Of a stretch of DNA of 34,159 bases, positions 33,721-34,159 are shown one piece after another. The notes below the pieces were generated by a model. That model was not told where the DNA came from. It made no database searches and saw only the letters and a list, made by a program, of their open reading frames with translations. The DNA comes from Catajapyx aquilonaris (Eukaryota): assembly GCA_000934665.2 (NCBI GenBank), contig JYFJ02004179.1, positions 1 to 34,159 on the forward strand. Reading direction: 5' to 3'. Position 1 is the first letter of the stretch. Every line of letters begins with the position of its first letter. Made by a program: the position numbers and the translations under genes.

Positions 33721-34159
33721 TTTTGATAATTTTTATAAATTAAATTCTGCTTGGCCTGTAGTGTTGGGAAAACATCACCTCAGCTGCTAAATTCCACGTT
33801 AGCAGGGTGAAAATCCAGCCTAAAGGCGATGTTCCGTAAGCCACAACACCAGCGTTCGGTCGCGAGGCGCTTTCCAGGCTGCCCGGTCGCGGTCGCCTTT
33901 CACCGCGTCTGTAGCTCTCTCCGGTGCCATGAAGGAGAAGGGTCATCTCGCACGCTTTGCAGTCGAAGGCGATTATAATAATGGAGAGCCAGGACAGGGG
34001 GCATAATACTACATAAGAGGCGCAAACATTCGATTCGCCTGTCTCTGTTTGATGGGGCCAACACAAGTGTCTGGAGACAGCACCCGTACCCCGCCAGCGC
34101 CACCGGAGAATTAGCGGCAGACTTTCGTACTTCTGCTTCTGCTTTCAGTCTGCTGCTTT

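Overview
Eukaryotic, most likely insect/hexapod, genomic DNA. There is one recognisable protein-coding gene, a minus-strand, multi-exon MEP-1 orthologue (C2H2 zinc-finger partner of Mi-2/NuRD). Seven coding exons could be rebuilt from GT-AG sites with consistent phases (14013-13935, 13864-11489, 11408-11332, 10969-10799, 10688-10482, 7828-7601, 7541-7137). A candidate eighth, terminal exon (6181-6107) would give a 1205-aa protein. That exon lies on the antisense strand of a decayed pogo/Tigger-like transposon and would complete an extra MEP-1-style zinc finger, the most intriguing observation here. A probable promoter and non-coding first-exon region lies near 23.2-24.0 kb. The rest is dense with small mobile elements: Tc1/mariner, pogo/Tigger, PIF/Harbinger, piggyBac and hAT-type MITEs (several nested, many near-palindromic), four tRNA-derived SINEs and a Helentron/DINE-1-like repeat region. 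Family names for repeats come from terminal and TSD signatures plus recall, not database searches. No prokaryotic system, CRISPR array, rRNA or true tRNA gene is supported.
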